From: an uncultured Collinsella sp.
GTDB taxonomy: Bacteria > Actinomycetota > Coriobacteriia > Coriobacteriales > Coriobacteriaceae
Length of the DNA stretch: 64,000 nt
Reading direction: 5' to 3'
Assembly: GCA_905212545.1 (NCBI GenBank)
Contig: CAJMEW010000001.1
Coordinates: 21,345 to 85,344, forward strand
A model generated the notes under the pieces. That model worked only from the letters and a program-made list of their open reading frames with translations, searched no databases and was not told the DNA's origin. This document shows positions 1 through 10,334 of this stretch, piece by piece. Numbering within the stretch: the first letter of the stretch is position 1; the number at the start of each line of letters is the position of its first letter. The position numbers and the translations under genes are program-made.

Positions 1-2
1 TC

Positions 3-2072
3 GTCCAGGTTGTCGACGCCACCAACCTCGAGCGTAACCTGTACCTGGCGCTTCAGGTTATCGAGACCGGCCTGCCCGTGGTCGTCGCCCTCAACATGGC
101 CGACCTGGTCGAGAAGAACGGCGATAAGATCGACACGGACAAGCTTTCCAAGAAGCTCGGCTGCCCGGTCATGATGATCTCGGCTCTTAAGAACAAGGGC
201 ATCAAGGAGCTGTTCGAGCAGGTCAAGAAGTCCGCTGCTTCTAAGGGCCAGGTGCCGGAGCACAAGTTCGATTCCTCCATCGAGGACGTTCTGGACCACA
301 TCGAGAATAACCTGCCTGCGAGCGTTCCCGCCAACAAGCGTCGCTACTACGCGGTCAAACTGTTTGAGCGCGACGCGGACGCCTGCAAGCTCATCAACCT
401 CACTAAGGAGAAGGCCGCTCGCGTGGAGCAGCTGGTCGCCCAGTGCGAGCAGGATTGCGACGACGACGCCGAGTCCATCATCACCGGCGAGCGTTACGGC
501 GTGATTGCCCACATCATTGACGAGTGCCTCACTAAGGCTCCGGCCAAGATGAGCACCTCCGAGAAGATCGATCGCGTGGTTACCAACCGTATTCTGGGCC
601 TGCCGATCTTTGTGGTCATCATGTTCTGCGTGTACTACATCGCCGTTTCCACCTTGGGCGGCACGGTGACCGACTTCACCAACGACCAGCTCTTCGGTAC
701 CGACGGTTGGTACGTGCTCGGTCAGGGCCGCGACGCTTACGACGCGGCTGTCGAGGCCGCAGGTGACGACGCCGACTCGGTCGACCCGGCACAGTACGGC
801 CCCTATGTCCCGGGTATCACCACCATGGTGCACGATGCCCTCGTGGCGGGTGGCACCGAGGACGGTGGCCTGGTCGATTCGCTGGTCTGCGACGGTATCG
901 TTGGCGGCCTGGGCGCCATCTTCGGCTTTGTGCCGCAGATGTTCCTGCTGTTCGTGATGCTGTCCTTCTTGGAGGACTGCGGCTATATGGCTCGCGTTGC
1001 CTTCATCATGGACCGCGTGTTCCGCCGCTTTGGCCTGTCCGGTAAGTCATTCATCCCCATGCTCGTGTCCTCGGGCTGCGGCGTCCCCGGCGTCATGGCC
1101 ACCAAGACCATCGAGAACGAGAAGGACCGCCGCATGACGGTCATGACCACCACGTTCATTCCTTGTGGTGCCAAGTTGCCGATCATCGCCCTGCTCATGG
1201 GTTCCATCATCGGCGATTCTTCCACCACCGCCGCGTGGATCAGCCCGCTCTTCTACTTCCTTGGCGTCTTTGCCGTCATCGCTTCGGGCCTTATGCTCAA
1301 GAAGACCAAGCTCTTCGCCGGCCGTCCGACGCCGTTTGTTATGGAGCTTCCTGCCTACCACTTCCCGGCGATCCGCTCTTGGGCGCTGCACGTGTGGGAG
1401 CGCTGCTGGGCCTTTATCAAGAAGGCCGGCACGGTCATCTTTGCCTCCACTGTCGTGGTTTGGTTCCTGTCCAACTTTGGTAGCTACAACGGTTCCTTTG
1501 GCTTCCTGCCTGCGATGGACGGCATCCCCGAGGAGTTCATGGACTACTCCGTGCTTGCCATGCTCGGCAACCTGGTCGCTTGGATCTTCGCCCCGCTCGG
1601 CTTTAGCACCTGGCAGGCAACAGCACTGTCCGTCTCGGGTCTTGTCGCCAAGGAGAACGTCGTCGCCACCGCCGGCTCGCTGCTGTCCGTTGCCGATGCC
1701 GCCGAGACCGATCCGAGCCTGTGGACCGCGTTTGCCGGCATGTTCCCGACCATGGGCGCTTGCGTTGCCTTTGGCGCTTTCAACCTGCTGTGCGCTCCGT
1801 GCTTTGCCGCTATGGGTACCATCCGCAACCAGATGGACTCCGGCAAGTGGACCGCGATTGCCCTCGGCTACGAGTGCGCCTTTGCTTGGGTGATCGGCCT
1901 GTTCATCAACCAGTTCTACAACCTGCTTGTCCTTGGGCAGTTTGGCTTCTGGACGGTTGTGGCTATCGTGCTGCTGGTCGCGATGCTCTTCCAGATTTTC
2001 CGTCCTATGCCCAAGCACGCTTGGACCGACGAGGACGAGACCAACACTGCTTCCGCTGCAGTTTCCGCCTAA
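3..2072 (+). CDS. feoB: Ferrous iron transporter FeoB, 5'-truncated by window edge
   Basis: Reading frame is open from the window start (VQVVDATNLERNLYLALQVIETGLPVVVALNMADL is the FeoB G-domain G4/G5 region). It is followed by a ~450 aa polytopic membrane domain. Stop codon at 2070-2072. Confidence 0.9.
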   Translation, partial: VQVVDATNLERNLYLALQVIETGLPVVVALNMADLVEKNGDKIDTDKLSKKLGCPVMMISALKNKGIKELFEQVKKSAASKGQVPEHKFDSSIEDVLDHIENNLPASVPANKRRYYAVKLFERDADACKLINLTKEKAARVEQLVAQCEQDCDDDAESIITGERYGVIAHIIDECLTKAPAKMSTSEKIDRVVTNRILGLPIFVVIMFCVYYIAVSTLGGTVTDFTNDQLFGTDGWYVLGQGRDAYDAAVEAAGDDADSVDPAQYGPYVPGITTMVHDALVAGGTEDGGLVDSLVCDGIVGGLGAIFGFVPQMFLLFVMLSFLEDCGYMARVAFIMDRVFRRFGLSGKSFIPMLVSSGCGVPGVMATKTIENEKDRRMTVMTTTFIPCGAKLPIIALLMGSIIGDSSTTAAWISPLFYFLGVFAVIASGLMLKKTKLFAGRPTPFVMELPAYHFPAIRSWALHVWERCWAFIKKAGTVIFASTVVVWFLSNFGSYNGSFGFLPAMDGIPEEFMDYSVLAMLGNLVAWIFAPLGFSTWQATALSVSGLVAKENVVATAGSLLSVADAAETDPSLWTAFAGMFPTMGACVAFGAFNLLCAPCFAAMGTIRNQMDSGKWTAIALGYECAFAWVIGLFINQFYNLLVLGQFGFWTVVAIVLLVAMLFQIFRPMPKHAWTDEDETNTASAAVSA

Positions 2073-2102
2073 GTCCGAATAAGGATCAACCCCTTTCCAC
2101 GA

Positions 2103-2135
2103 GCCCGGGTGTCTCAGTGACACTCGGGCTTTTTG
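2103..2135 (+). terminator. Rho-independent terminator after feoB
   Basis: GCCCGGGTGTC-tcagt-GACACTCGGGC hairpin followed by TTTTT. Confidence 0.55.
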
Positions 2136-2278
2136 ACGCAATGGGGGGGACAGATTGCTTTGCTCCAGAAGTAAGATGTGGCGTTTCCGCAGATAAAACC
2201 GACCAAAATAAACCTGTCCCTATTTGGTAGGTGGAGAATGGGGTAAAGTAAGTGATGGTTAACTAGAGGAGGCTTGCT

Positions 2279-2479
2279 ATGGCACCTATCGATATTGTTG
2301 TACTGGCTGTTATCGGTATTGCGTTTGTCGCCGTGTGCGTGCGCATCTACCGCAAGGGCACCTGCGCCGACTGCGCTCAGGGTGGCGTTTGCACGGGGCA
2401 TTGCTCCAACAAAAAGACGTGCGCCGCACTTAAGGGCGTGGACAAAATCGCCGAAGACTTGGGCCGCGGTATCAAATAA
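2279..2479 (+). CDS. FeoB-associated Cys-rich small membrane protein
   Basis: 66 aa with an N-terminal TM helix and a C-terminal CxxC...C...C cluster (CADCAQGGVCTGHCSNKKTC). GGAGG lies 7 nt upstream of the ATG. Position is directly downstream of feoB. Confidence 0.7.
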   Translation: MAPIDIVVLAVIGIAFVAVCVRIYRKGTCADCAQGGVCTGHCSNKKTCAALKGVDKIAEDLGRGIK

Positions 2480-2623
2480 GGTCCAGACATCCAAGCGCCT
2501 CGCGAGCATCCGTTCGCGGGGCGCTTTGCGCATTTGGGCGCGAGCGCGGCGAGTTGAAGAGTATTTTTGGGGTATCGTTAACTGAACTGTAAATTGGCAA
2601 CTTATCTATAACGGAGTAATCCC

Positions 2624-3703
2624 ATGAGCGCTCGTGTAACCATGAAGGACATAGCCGCCGAGCTTGGCGTTTCCATCAATACCGTGCACAAGGCCCTGAC
2701 GGGTAAGGCCGGCGTGAGCGAATCCGTGCGCTCCAAGGTGAATGCTAAGGCCGAGGCCATGGGTTACCATCGCAATACGAGTGCCTCGAGCCTGCGCCGC
2801 AAGGATATCAACCTGGTGTTTTGCCTGCCCCGCGCATCGCGCGAGGGAGCGTACTTTTTCCGTTACCTGTGGGAAGGCTGCAATCGCTTTGAGCAAGAGG
2901 TCATCGACCAGGGCATTACCGTTGAACGCGTTGAATTTGGCGTGGGCGGCTACGCTGATGCACTCGAGCAAATCGACGAGCGTCTGCAGGTGGGCGAGAA
3001 GATTGATGGCTTGCTCGCCTATGCGCCGGGCGACGATCGTGCGACTGAGCTTTTGGGGCAGATCGCCGAGGCAGGCGTGACGATTGAGCTCGTTGACGGC
3101 GACCGCCCTCACCTCGATCGTCTGGGCGCTAGTTTGGCCGACTACTCCACGGCGGGTAGCCTGATGGCCGAGCAGGCAGCCAACCTGGTTCACGCTTCTG
3201 GGACCGATACCCGCGTGCTTTTATTGGCGGGCGACCCCTATACCGACTCGCACTATTTGACCGCTCGCGCCTTCCACAATTACCTTCGCGAGCACAATGT
3301 TCCCTGGCAGGTCGAGGATCTGACCGGTGCTCATGCCCAGGTCAAGCAGCTCGAGCACGAGCTCAACCAGCGTCTAAAGTCATCGGAAGCCCCCGAGTTG
3401 ATCTGCAGCGTGTTCGCCGTGGGCTCTGAGCTGATTGCCGATGCGCTTGTCTCGGCTAACAAGGCCGGCGAAGTAATGGTGATTGGCAACGACCTGTTCC
3501 CAGAAAGTGCGCTGGCTTTGCGTCGGGGCATCTTTACCAACATCGTCTACAAGGACCCGGTGAGTTTGGCATATCGTGGCGCCAAGACCTTAGGCGATTA
3601 CCTGCTGTGGGGAAAGACACCGGCGGAGCCTGTGCAAAAGGGGGCTGTTGAGATGGTGTTTGCCAGCAACGTCGATCGTTACTGCGAGCTCGCCGGAATC
3701 TAA
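2624..3703 (+). CDS. LacI-family transcriptional regulator (candidate hexuronate-operon repressor)
   Basis: N-terminal HTH_LacI signature (MKDIAAELGVSINTVHKALTG), a periplasmic-binding-protein-like effector domain, 359 aa. Located immediately upstream of uxaC. Confidence 0.85.
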   Translation: MSARVTMKDIAAELGVSINTVHKALTGKAGVSESVRSKVNAKAEAMGYHRNTSASSLRRKDINLVFCLPRASREGAYFFRYLWEGCNRFEQEVIDQGITVERVEFGVGGYADALEQIDERLQVGEKIDGLLAYAPGDDRATELLGQIAEAGVTIELVDGDRPHLDRLGASLADYSTAGSLMAEQAANLVHASGTDTRVLLLAGDPYTDSHYLTARAFHNYLREHNVPWQVEDLTGAHAQVKQLEHELNQRLKSSEAPELICSVFAVGSELIADALVSANKAGEVMVIGNDLFPESALALRRGIFTNIVYKDPVSLAYRGAKTLGDYLLWGKTPAEPVQKGAVEMVFASNVDRYCELAGI

Positions 3704-3766
3704 TGCGTTTAGGGAGTTCCCTACTTGCCGCGTATTTTTTGGCAGGGGATCGAAAAATTGTTTCGA

Positions 3767-3806
3767 AGGCCGCTGATGGCGAATCTGCCGTCAGCGGCCT
3801 TTCTTT
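3767..3806 (+). terminator. Rho-independent terminator after LacI gene
   Basis: AGGCCGCTGAtggcgaatctgccGTCAGCGGCCT hairpin followed by TTCTTT. Confidence 0.5.
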
Positions 3807-3881
3807 GTGCCGCTTCAACGCAGGATCCATGGCTCGGCAACCGTTAATCGGTCAAAACCTACCGTTTACCCCATGGTAGTT

Positions 3882-3897
3882 AGGTGAACGTTCACCT
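3882..3897. promoter_or_regulatory. LacI-type operator AGGTGAACGTTCACCT (box 1)
   Basis: Perfect 16-bp palindrome with central CG, 100 bp upstream of the uxaC start. Confidence 0.6.
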
Positions 3898-3920
3898 TTT
3901 GAGTCGTAATGGATTAGTAT

Positions 3921-3934
3921 GGTGAACGTTCACC
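3921..3934. promoter_or_regulatory. LacI-type operator GGTGAACGTTCACC (box 2)
   Basis: Second perfect palindrome 38 bp from box 1. It creates the spurious ATG at 3919. Confidence 0.6.
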
Positions 3935-3984
3935 TAGAGGATGACGAGCGTATTGTGCGCCCGCTCCGCAAACAAAGGGGTTGT

Positions 3985-5415
3985 TTGATGAAAAACTTCA
4001 TGGACGATCAGGATTTCCTGCTGAGCACCAAGACCGGCGAGGAACTGTTCCACAGCTTTGCCGAGGGCATGCCCATCGTCGACTACCATTGCCACATTTC
4101 TCCCAAGGAGATCTGGGAGGACAAGCGTTTCGAGAACATCACCGAGGTTTGGCTGGGCGGCGACCACTACAAGTGGCGCCTGATGCGCGCCAACGGCGTC
4201 GACGAGCGTTTTATCACTGGCGACGCCCCTGCTCGCGAGAAGTTCCAAAAGTGGGCCGAGACCCTGGGTCGCTGCGTCGGCAATCCCGTCTTTGAGTGGA
4301 GCCACCTGGAGCTTAAGCGCTACTTTGGCTACGAGGGCGTCCTCAATGGCAAGACCGCCCAGGAGGTCTGGGACCTTGCCAACGCCAAGCTCGCCGAGGC
4401 CAGCTTTACCTGCCGCAACCTGATCAAGCAGTCCAACGTCCGCATGATCTGCACTACCGACGACCCCGCCGACAGCTTTGAGTGGCACAAGAAGATTGCC
4501 GCCGATGACAGTTTTGACGTTCAGGTCGTTCCCGCCATGCGCCCCGACGCCGCTCTGCGCATCGAGCGCGGCCAGGAGTTCGCCGACTACTGCAAGCATC
4601 TTTCCGAGGTTGCTGGCGTTGAGGTCGGCGACTTTGAGGGCATGAAGTCTGCCATCTCCAAGCGCTACGACGTTGCTCACGAGCTGGGCTGCCGCGCCTC
4701 CGACCACGCACTCGATTACGTTATGTACGTCCCGGCTACCGCCGATGAGATCGAGGCCATCTTTGCCAAGGGCCTGGCTGCCGAGCCGCTCACCGAGGAA
4801 GAGGTCCTCAAGTACAAGACCGCCTTTATGCAGTTTGTCGCCGGTGAGTATGTCCGCCTGGGCTGGGCCATGCAGCTGCACTTTGGCTGCAAGCGCGACA
4901 ACAACCGCGCCATGTTTGCCAAGCTCGGCCCCGATACCGGTTATGACTGCATCTCCAACTACACGCCGTCCGACCAGCTCGCCGATTTCCTCAACTCCAT
5001 CCAGGAGACCTGCGGCTTGCCCAAGACCATCCTGTACAGCTTGAATCCCATCGACAACACCATGATCGATACCGTGATGGGCTGTTTCCAGGAGGCTCCG
5101 ACTGCCGGTAAGATCCAGAACGGTTCCGCCTGGTGGTTCAACGACAACGAGGTCGGTATGCGCGAGCAGCTCACGGCTCTGGCTAACGAGGGCGTCCTGG
5201 GCAACTTTGTCGGCATGCTCACCGACTCCCGCTCCTTCTTGTCCTACCCGCGCCACGAGTATTTCCGTCGCGTGCTGTGTAGCGTGATCGGCGAGTGGGT
5301 TGAGCAGGGCAAGTATCCGGCCGACATGGAGCTGCTGGGCACCATCGTGCGCGATATCAGCTACAACAATTCCGTTCGCTACTTTGGCTTCGATCTGGAC
5401 ACTGCCGAGGCATAG
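3985..5415 (+). CDS. uxaC: Glucuronate/galacturonate (uronate) isomerase
   Basis: Strong family signature DYHCH, WLGGDHYKWRLMRANGV, GNPVFEWSHLELKRYFG, ~476 aa. AAAGGGG RBS before ATG 3985. The track ORF starting at 3919 is an operator artefact. Confidence 0.9.
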   Translation: MMKNFMDDQDFLLSTKTGEELFHSFAEGMPIVDYHCHISPKEIWEDKRFENITEVWLGGDHYKWRLMRANGVDERFITGDAPAREKFQKWAETLGRCVGNPVFEWSHLELKRYFGYEGVLNGKTAQEVWDLANAKLAEASFTCRNLIKQSNVRMICTTDDPADSFEWHKKIAADDSFDVQVVPAMRPDAALRIERGQEFADYCKHLSEVAGVEVGDFEGMKSAISKRYDVAHELGCRASDHALDYVMYVPATADEIEAIFAKGLAAEPLTEEEVLKYKTAFMQFVAGEYVRLGWAMQLHFGCKRDNNRAMFAKLGPDTGYDCISNYTPSDQLADFLNSIQETCGLPKTILYSLNPIDNTMIDTVMGCFQEAPTAGKIQNGSAWWFNDNEVGMREQLTALANEGVLGNFVGMLTDSRSFLSYPRHEYFRRVLCSVIGEWVEQGKYPADMELLGTIVRDISYNNSVRYFGFDLDTAEA

Positions 5416-5465
5416 ATCTGTATGTGCTCCGATTGGTGAAATCGGTTGCAAAGGGGAGGGACCAT

Positions 5466-6971
5466 ATGGGAACAGGGCAACAGAAAAACGAGCAGATCGT
5501 GTCTGCTCAGGCGGATTCGAGATCTATGCAGAGCTCGCAGGATATCAAGCTGAGCTGGCGTGAGAAAATCTGCTATGGCTTTGGCGATTTGGGCAATGGA
5601 TTCATGTTCGATCTTGGTCAAGCCTATCTGACCAAGTTCTACACTGACATCTGTCTGATTTCGCCGGGCGTAGTGAGCCTGATTTTCGCCGTCACCAAGA
5701 TTTTCGATGCGTTCATGGACCCGATTGCCGGTGCATTCGTCGACGGTAGAAAGAAGATTGGCAAGCACGGTCGGTTTCGTCCGGTCATGATGGTTTCGGC
5801 CGTGATCCTTGCCGTTCTAACCGTGGTGACCTTCACTGCGCCCGATATTCCCATGGCAGGTAAAATTGCCTATGCGCTGATAACTTACATGATCTGGGGC
5901 GTCGTATACGGCTTCACCAACGTGCCGTACGGATCTCTGGCCACGGTAATGACGCGTGACGTCGATGACCGCGCGCACATGGCGTCAACGCGCCAGGCCG
6001 GTTCGCTTTGCGCACAGCTCATCACGGGCGTAGCGTTCATCCCATTGGTCCTGTTCTTTGCGGGTGGCGACACGCTCGACGGCAATCCGCACGGCTATAC
6101 GATTGCAGCTGTCGTCATGGGACTGTGCGGCATCGCCGGATTCGCCATCTGCTTTTTGGGAACGCGCGAGCATATCCGTATCGATCGACAGGCCGAGGAG
6201 AAGGCTGCGGGAAAGGCCGGCAAGAAGTCGAGCGCATTCAGCACGTATTTCAAGGTCGTTTTCACCAACAAGAACCTGGGAGCAGTTATCCTGCTTACGC
6301 TGTTTACCATTTCGGCCATGAACACCAACAACACCATGATGGTGTATTTCTGCCAGTACAACCTGGGTAACATCGCGTTGCAGCCCGTTGTCAACGGCAT
6401 CATGATCGGAACGTCGGTTGTCGCCATTCTCGCCATCCCGACGCTCGTCAAGCATTTTGGCAAGAAGCGCACGTGCGTCGCCTGCTTTATCGTCGGCGCT
6501 GTGGCAAACGGCCTCAACTTCATCCTGCCGACCAATACCGTGACGTTCATCATCTTCGTCACCATCGGCTACGTCGCGCTTGCCATCCCCAACGGTATCA
6601 CCTGGAACCTGGTTTCCGATGTTATCGATTACGGTGAATGGCACACGGGAATCCGCAAGGAGGGTACGACCTACGCCGCGTTCAACTTTTCTCGTAAGCT
6701 TGCGCAATCCCTTGCCGCGATCATTTCCGGCGGCATCCTTGCCCTTACCGGATATGTGGCAAATAAGCCCCAGACGGCCGCCACGCTGCTTGGCATCAAG
6801 GGCGCTCTGACGATTTATCCCGCTTGCGCCCTTCTGGTGGCAGCCTTGATCATCTTCGCTCTCTACGACATTACCGAGAAGAAGTTCAATTCCATTTCCA
6901 ACGACCTGTCGAATGGTCGCTGGGAGCGCGGCAAGATCGGCGAGAGCACTATCGAGACGATCGATAAATAG
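5466..6971 (+). CDS. GPH-family sugar(uronide):cation symporter (MFS)
   Basis: 12-TM protein. N-terminal KLSWREKICYGFGDLGNGFMFDLGQAYLTKFYTD is typical of the glycoside-pentoside-hexuronide family. GGAGGGA RBS before ATG 5466. Confidence 0.8.
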   Translation: MGTGQQKNEQIVSAQADSRSMQSSQDIKLSWREKICYGFGDLGNGFMFDLGQAYLTKFYTDICLISPGVVSLIFAVTKIFDAFMDPIAGAFVDGRKKIGKHGRFRPVMMVSAVILAVLTVVTFTAPDIPMAGKIAYALITYMIWGVVYGFTNVPYGSLATVMTRDVDDRAHMASTRQAGSLCAQLITGVAFIPLVLFFAGGDTLDGNPHGYTIAAVVMGLCGIAGFAICFLGTREHIRIDRQAEEKAAGKAGKKSSAFSTYFKVVFTNKNLGAVILLTLFTISAMNTNNTMMVYFCQYNLGNIALQPVVNGIMIGTSVVAILAIPTLVKHFGKKRTCVACFIVGAVANGLNFILPTNTVTFIIFVTIGYVALAIPNGITWNLVSDVIDYGEWHTGIRKEGTTYAAFNFSRKLAQSLAAIISGGILALTGYVANKPQTAATLLGIKGALTIYPACALLVAALIIFALYDITEKKFNSISNDLSNGRWERGKIGESTIETIDK

Positions 6972-7049
6972 TCCCGCTGTTTAAACAATCATGAATGCAA
7001 CTCGGTGCGGCGATGCCGTACCGGGACTTGAGTTGAGAGGAAAACCTCT

Positions 7050-8564
7050 ATGAATAACATCAGCTACGAGACGCTCGAGGAGATCGGCTACGAGGGCTAC
7101 GTGCTGCCCAAGGACGCCCCCGAGAAGGTCCTGCAGTTTGGCGAGGGCAATTTCCTGCGCGCCTTCGTCGATCGTTTCTTCGATATGGGCAACGAGGCCA
7201 CCGGTTGGAACGGCAAGGTCGTCATGGTGCAGCCCATCAGCGGCGCCTTCGATTTCGCCGATGGTATCAATGCCCAGGATGGCCTGTACACCGTACTGGT
7301 GCGCGGCAAGGAGAACGGTGACACGGTTGACGATTCCCGCGTGATCAGCGCCTGCAGCCGTTGCCTCAATCCGTATCGCGAGGCTGACTACCGTGCCATG
7401 ATGGAGGTCGCCGTTTCCGACGACCTGGAGATTATCGTCTCCAACACCACCGAGGCCGGTATCGCCTACGATCCGTCCTGCAAGGCCGACGACATGCCCC
7501 CCGCGAGCTTCCCTGCCAAGCTTGCCCAGGTGCTCCATGCCCGCTGGGCTGCCGGCAAGCAGGGCGTCATCGTGCTCGCCTGCGAGCTCATCGACCATAA
7601 CGGCGAGGAGCTGCTGCGCATCATGAACCAGTACGTGAGCGACTGGGGCTGGGAGGACGAGTTTTCGCAGTGGATGGCCAACGACTGCACCGTCTGCACC
7701 ACGCTCGTCGACACCATCGTTCCGGGTCGCATCCGCGATCCCAAGGAGGCCGCTGCCGTGGCCGAGCGCTTGGGCTATGAAGATCCGTTCTTGGCCGTGC
7801 GTGAGCCCTTCCAGATGTGGGGCATCCAGGGTGACGAATCGCTCAAGGAGCGTCTGCCCTTCGTGAAGGCCGGTCTGCCGGGTGTCTTTGTGACCCTCGA
7901 CGTCACCCCGTACAAGAAGCGCAAGGTCCGCATCCTCAACGGCGCCCACACTGCCTTTGTCCCGGGTTCCTGGGTTGCCGGCTTTGATATCGTGCGCGAT
8001 TGCATGCACGACGAGACCGTCCGCGGCTTCATGAACACTATGCTCTACGACGAGGTCATTCCGACGCTTGCCGCCGACCTGGATGTCGAGGACTGCAAGG
8101 CCTTTGCCGCCGCTGTTGAGAACCGCTTCGACAACCCGTTTATCGACCACGCGCTGCTCTCCATCTGCCTCAACTCCACGGCTAAGTGGCGTGCCCGCGA
8201 CCTGCCTACGCTCAAGGACTACGCTGCCGAGACCGGCAACCTGCCCAAGTGCCTGGCGACGAGCCTGGCCACGCTCATCTCCTTCTACACGCAGGAGCTC
8301 GTGTCCCGCGAGGGCGACGGCCTGCACCTGCGTCGCTCCGACGGCACCGAGTACACCGCTCAGGACGACGCCTTTGTGCTCGACTTCTACGCTGCTCACG
8401 CCGGCGCCGACGACGCCGAGCTGGTGCACGATGTGCTCTCCAACGAGCAAATGTGGGGCGAGGATCTTACGCAGATCGCCGGCCTGGAGGAGTTTGTCGT
8501 CAACGTTCTCGCCGTCGTGCGCTCCGAGGGCGTCAAGCAGGCGTTCGCGAACGCTCAGGCCTAA
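7050..8564 (+). CDS. uxaB: Altronate oxidoreductase (tagaturonate reductase), mannitol dehydrogenase family
   Basis: QFGEGNFLRAFVD, SNTTEAGI, KPYKKRKVRILNGAHT motifs. 504 aa. GAGAGGA RBS. Confidence 0.85.
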   Translation: MNNISYETLEEIGYEGYVLPKDAPEKVLQFGEGNFLRAFVDRFFDMGNEATGWNGKVVMVQPISGAFDFADGINAQDGLYTVLVRGKENGDTVDDSRVISACSRCLNPYREADYRAMMEVAVSDDLEIIVSNTTEAGIAYDPSCKADDMPPASFPAKLAQVLHARWAAGKQGVIVLACELIDHNGEELLRIMNQYVSDWGWEDEFSQWMANDCTVCTTLVDTIVPGRIRDPKEAAAVAERLGYEDPFLAVREPFQMWGIQGDESLKERLPFVKAGLPGVFVTLDVTPYKKRKVRILNGAHTAFVPGSWVAGFDIVRDCMHDETVRGFMNTMLYDEVIPTLAADLDVEDCKAFAAAVENRFDNPFIDHALLSICLNSTAKWRARDLPTLKDYAAETGNLPKCLATSLATLISFYTQELVSREGDGLHLRRSDGTEYTAQDDAFVLDFYAAHAGADDAELVHDVLSNEQMWGEDLTQIAGLEEFVVNVLAVVRSEGVKQAFANAQA

Positions 8565-8642
8565 ATCCTTCTGTACGCCCGCTGGGTAACTGGCGGGCGT
8601 CACTCGACTTCTGCTCAACCTGTAGGGTTAGGACTCTTTGTA

Positions 8643-10127
8643 ATGAACACTATCCAGATCAATCCGGCCGACAACGTCATCGTTGCGCTGTCGCCGCTCG
8701 CCAAGGGTGCTGCCGTCGAGGTTCCCGGCGTGGGCGAGGTCGTTGCCGCGGAGGATATCCCGCAGGGTCACAAGATGGCCGTGCGCGCCATTGCAGCCGG
8801 TGAGGATGTCATCAAGTACGGTCTTCCCATCGGCCACGTGACGAAGGACATTCAGCCCGGCCAGTGGCTGCACACGCACAACGTGAAGACCAACCTCTCG
8901 GGTGAGATCGAGTACGCCTACAATCCGACACATCCGGTCGTTGAGCCGGTCGAGGCCGAGACCTTTATGGGCTTCCGCCGTGCCGACGGTCGTGCCGCCA
9001 CGCGCAATGAGCTTTGGATCATTCCCACCGTCGGTTGCGTCAACGAAGTCGCTCGTGCCATGTGCGAGCAGGCTCAGGACCTGGTCGAGGGCTCGTTGGA
9101 GGGCGTCTATTACTTCCCGCATCCGTTCGGTTGCTCACAGACCGGCGCCGACCATGCCCAGACCCGTCGTCTGCTGGTGGCGCTGTCGCGTCATGCAAAC
9201 GCCGCGGGCGTGCTGTTCTTGTCGCTCGGTTGCGAGAACTGCACGCATCAGCAGGTGCTCGACGAGCTCGGTGACTTCGATCACGAGCGCGTTCGTTTTC
9301 TCACCTGCCAGGATGTAGCCGACGAGCAGATCGAGGGCCACAAGATTCTGTCCGAGCTGGCTGGCCTGGCCAAGCAGGCCAAGCGTGAGCCCATTCCGGC
9401 CTCAGAGCTGGTTATTGGTCTTAAGTGCGGCGGCTCTGACGGTCTTTCGGGCATTACCGCCAACCCCACGATCGGTCGCGTGAGCGATATGGTCGTCGCC
9501 CGTGGCGGCACGTCGGTGCTCACCGAAGTGCCCGAGATGTTTGGCGCGGAGAGCATCCTGCTCGATCGCTGCGAGAACGAGCAGGTCTTTAACGCTGCCT
9601 CTGGCATGCTTAACGGTTTTAAGGATTACTTTATTAGCCATGGTGAGGTGGTCTACGAGAACCCGAGTCCCGGTAACAAGGACGGTGGCATCACCACGCT
9701 CGAGGACAAGAGTTGCGGCTGCGTGCAAAAGGGCGGCTCCGCACCCATCGTCGACGTGCTGCCGTATGCCGGTCAGGTCACCAAGCATGGCCTGAACATG
9801 TTGTGCGGCCCGGGCAACGACATGGTATCCACCACGGCGTTGACGGCTGCTGGCTGTCACGTGATTCTGTTCTCGACTGGACGCGGCACGCCGTTTGGTG
9901 CACCGGCGCCCACCCTCAAGGTGTTCACCAATCAGCGTCTGTGCGACCACAAGGCCAACTGGATGGACTTTAACGCCGGCGTGATTGCCACAGGCGAACG
10001 CACACTCGACGAGGCTGCCCGCGACCTGTATCAGCTGGTACTGGATACAGCGAGCGGTAAGCTAACGAGTGCCGAGCGCCGCGGCTGCCACGAGATCAGT
10101 ATCTGGAAAGACGGCGTCTGCCTGTAG
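8643..10127 (+). CDS. uxaA: Altronate dehydratase
   Basis: SAF N-terminal domain (PADNVIVAL...GHKMAV), ELWIIPTVGCVN, LSLGCENC, GGSDGLSGITANP, PSPGNKDGGITTLEDKSCGC. 494 aa. Confidence 0.9.
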   Translation: MNTIQINPADNVIVALSPLAKGAAVEVPGVGEVVAAEDIPQGHKMAVRAIAAGEDVIKYGLPIGHVTKDIQPGQWLHTHNVKTNLSGEIEYAYNPTHPVVEPVEAETFMGFRRADGRAATRNELWIIPTVGCVNEVARAMCEQAQDLVEGSLEGVYYFPHPFGCSQTGADHAQTRRLLVALSRHANAAGVLFLSLGCENCTHQQVLDELGDFDHERVRFLTCQDVADEQIEGHKILSELAGLAKQAKREPIPASELVIGLKCGGSDGLSGITANPTIGRVSDMVVARGGTSVLTEVPEMFGAESILLDRCENEQVFNAASGMLNGFKDYFISHGEVVYENPSPGNKDGGITTLEDKSCGCVQKGGSAPIVDVLPYAGQVTKHGLNMLCGPGNDMVSTTALTAAGCHVILFSTGRGTPFGAPAPTLKVFTNQRLCDHKANWMDFNAGVIATGERTLDEAARDLYQLVLDTASGKLTSAERRGCHEISIWKDGVCL

Positions 10128-10129
10128 AG

Positions 10130-10163
10130 AGATTCGCCATTCGTAGGGGTGGCGAATCTTTTG
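10130..10163 (+). terminator. Rho-independent terminator after uxaA
   Basis: AGATTCGCCattcgtaggggtGGCGAATCT followed by TTTT. Confidence 0.6.
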
Positions 10164-10334
10164 ATCTCGATGACGGGGCTGCACAGTGGCTCCGTGCGAG
10201 GGAAGGGTTGCTACTGCGCGTTTGTGAGATGCTTTTCGGTGCCCTTTTCCGCACTGTTGACGTATCTATGGTTATTAATTCGGGCAAATTGGTTTAAGAA
10301 GCCGATTTCGTCCAGGTCGATAGAGGGGAATTGC

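Noticed and set aside
1047-2141. Long antisense ORFs inside GC-rich genes (for example 1047-2141 -, 3934-5451 -, 6981-8618 -, 10275-11603 -, 19371-21326 -, 36160-38241 -, 43010-44413 -, 56641-58395 -)
   Set aside because: Low-complexity Arg/Ala/Gly/Pro-rich translations typical of the non-coding strand in high-GC DNA. Each overlaps a well-supported gene on the other strand.
3919-3984. Track ORF begins uxaC at ATG 3919 (MVNVHLEDDE...)
   Set aside because: That ATG lies inside the GGTGAACGTTCACC operator palindrome and has no RBS. Homology to uronate isomerases starts at MKNFMDDQ (3985), which is preceded by AAAGGGG.
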